Positions 61,821-64,000 of a stretch of DNA of 64,000 nucleotides are shown in pieces. This DNA is from Tieghemostelium lacteum (lineage: Eukaryota): the NCBI GenBank assembly GCA_001606155.1, contig LODT01000016.1:449870-513869 (forward strand), in the 5' to 3' direction. The first letter of the stretch is position 1. The number at the start of each line of letters is the position of its first letter. The position numbers were made by a program, and so were the translations under genes. Below the pieces are notes generated by a model. It had not been told where the DNA came from, ran no database searches, and was given only the letters and a program-made list of their open reading frames with translations.

Positions 61821-64000
61821 ATGATTCTAAATAATTCAACATTAATTGAATTGATAAATGGTGATATCACCACAGTTAAAGAAGTAAAATTAAATGAAAA
61901 GGATTTAGAAAGTGTAGAGGATCTATCAAGTTGTGTTGATCTAAAGAAATTAGATTTAACCAATAACAAAATAAAATCTATAGATGGTTTAAAGGATAAC
62001 ACATCTCTAGAATGGATCAATTTATCATCAAATGAATTGGATCGTATGAATGGAATTAAAACATTATTGAATTTAAAAGGTTAGTTTATGAATTTCAATA
62101 ATATATCAATTTGTATAAGTACTAATGCTTTCTAATATTTGTTTGATATTAAATATTAAAGTATTAAACATTTCACATAATAAATTAAAGAAAATAGAAG
62201 GTCTTATGAAATTAAAATCATTGAAAGCATTGATTTTGAATAATAATGAAATTACTGTTATTGAGAATCTAGAATTTGTACCTTCACTCAATACATTAGT
62301 TTTATCAAAGAATCAAATTTCAGAGATTTCAAATAATATTAGATTTCTAAAGGAGTTGACAAAGATATCTTTAACTAGTAACTTGATAAAGATATTACCT
62401 GATTTAAGTCAAAATATTTTAGTATGTATTTACATAGAATTTGAAAACTCTATTTATATATACTAATTTCATTGAAAATACAGTTAAAGGAAATTAAGAT
62501 TTCAAATAATAAAATATTTAAAATTGATCCCAAGATACAGAATCTTCTAAATTTAACAATTCTCGATCTATCTAATAATTTATTGGAGGGATACAAAGAT
62601 ATTGAATGTCTAACTAATGTAAAAAAGCTATCAAATCTCAATTTAATTGGTAACCCTGTTTCTAAATTAGAAGATTATAAGGAAAAGGTATGTTTGTAAA
62701 TCATAATTTCCATTATTTCCTAAACAGATTAACTAACCATTTCATAGATGAGAGAAATGTTTCCAAATCTTAGAATGCTAGATGGAAAACCTTTCAATGA
62801 ATTAGCAATCAATAGATTGAATAAAAGAAAACAAAATATAGCAAATAGAAATGAATTGGCATCAAAAAAAGGTTCAGTTATTAATAATAACACTACCACA
62901 CCTCCCAAAACTGATGAAAAATTATTAGAACTAAAGAAAAACTATTTAAAAGAAAAAGAAAAAAGAGAAAAGCAATCCAATAGAATTCAAAAATCCAAAG
63001 ATAGTAATTATAATAATAGTAATAATAACAATAATAATAGTAAAATTGAAAAACCAACTCAAAAAGAGTTTGTAGAGAAAAATCAAAAGAAAGAAGTGGA
63101 AGAGAAAGAAATGGATGTTGATGATGAAGATAGACCTGAAGAACTTACATCTACAGTCCAAGCAGTTGGTGGTAGAAAGAATTTAAAAAGAAAAGAATTT
63201 GAGAAAAAACTGAAAAGTGGTACGAAAGTTAAACAATTAAAAATATCACATGGTCCTATTGTTTTGGATACTTCTTCTGCTTCTGATTTGGTTAAATTTG
63301 ATGATTCTGATAATGAAAATCAAAATGATAAAAAAAATGGAATGGATGATTCAGATAATGAAATTTCATATCCCCCAAAATATCCAATTCAATATCCATT
63401 ACAACAATCTAAACAAGTTGATCAATCTGATTCTGATTCCGATACTAAACCAATTCCAAAACTAAAAGAAAAAGTAAATAATAAACAAGTATCGCAACCA
63501 CCTATGAAGACTGAAATTGTAGAGAAACCAACTAAAGAAAAGAAAGAACAGAAAGTATCTAAAAAGGAAATAGTAAAAGAGAAAATAGAAACACCTAAAG
63601 AGAAACCAACTAAAGAAAAGAAAGAAATTATTGAAAAGAAAGAAGTTAAAACACAACAAAAACCAAAAGGACCAATTCAAAAAGAAGTTAAACAAAAGGA
63701 GGAAGAGAATATAAAGACTATTGGGTTTGGTGATGATGATATCTCTGAAAAGAAAATTAAATCTATAGAGACAAAGAATCCTCTAAAAGAAGAGACTTAT
63801 TCATACTTTGATAATGATGATAATGATAATGATGATGATGGTCGTGCATTCAAATTCAGAAAAGATAAGGATGAAAATTTGTATATGAAACCTTCTCTAG
63901 ATCAAATTAAAGCAATGAATGAAAAACTAAATTACAAGGTTGAAATTGTAAAGAATAATAATAACAATAGCAATACTAGTAATAATAATAATAATTCAAA
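61821..64000 (+). CDS. leucine-rich-repeat protein (SDS22-like 22-residue LRRs plus LRRcap) with a long K/E/N-rich C-terminal region; 3'-partial; exons 61821..62079, 62162..62421, 62484..62687, 62748..>64000
   Basis: About 9 LRRs (LxxLxLxxNxIxxIxxL). Donors GTTAGT, GTATGT, GTATGT; acceptors ttaaAG, atacAG, tcatAG, all in frame. Exon 4 begins MREMFPNLRMLDGKPF (LRRcap) and stays open to the end of the window. Confidence 0.7.

Overview
This window is a gene-dense, AT-rich (~75% A+T) eukaryotic nuclear segment, not a prokaryotic one. Short GTAAGT/GTATGT...AG introns, poly-Q/poly-N codon tracts and the gene content indicate a dictyostelid social amoeba (Dictyostelium-like). From memory of the D. 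discoideum HspD and AcbA sequences I suspect it is not the AX4 reference, but I cannot verify that here. I can support about 37 protein-coding genes, most with 1-3 short introns, by reading conserved protein families directly out of the six-frame ORFs and joining them across canonical splice sites. They are: a Josephin deubiquitinase, two near-identical Hsp90 genes arranged head-to-head, a CD36/LIMP-2 scavenger receptor, ubiquilin, Sec20, a TSUP/TauE permease, a Ser-rich secreted protein, a Zn2Cys6 transcription factor with a ~47-residue poly-Q tract, Mak16, mitochondrial L24, a K/E-rich repeat protein, a small heat-shock protein, major vault protein, CBP80, KIN17, a RING-TRAF-CBM20 protein, fructose-1,6-bisphosphatase, histidyl-tRNA synthetase, acyl-CoA-binding protein, an SH2-domain Shk-family kinase, methylcrotonyl-CoA carboxylase beta, a protein made of tandem GNAT-like modules, a Nudix hydrolase, SURF6, CHID1, a mitochondrial carrier and an LRR protein. 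I found no tRNA, rRNA, transposon or CRISPR feature. The most notable observations are: (1) a divergently transcribed, inverted Hsp90 gene pair whose coding regions are ~99.7% identical while the introns and flanks are unrelated, which implies gene conversion and a shared bidirectional promoter; (2) a RING-TRAF zinc finger E3 fused to a CBM20 starch/glycogen-binding module; (3) a three- to four-fold tandem GNAT-like repeat protein; (4) two single-base homopolymer frameshifts, in the sHSP gene and in the GNAT-repeat gene, which are either pseudogenes or sequencing errors; (5) a cluster of G-box-like elements upstream of the Zn2Cys6 TF gene.
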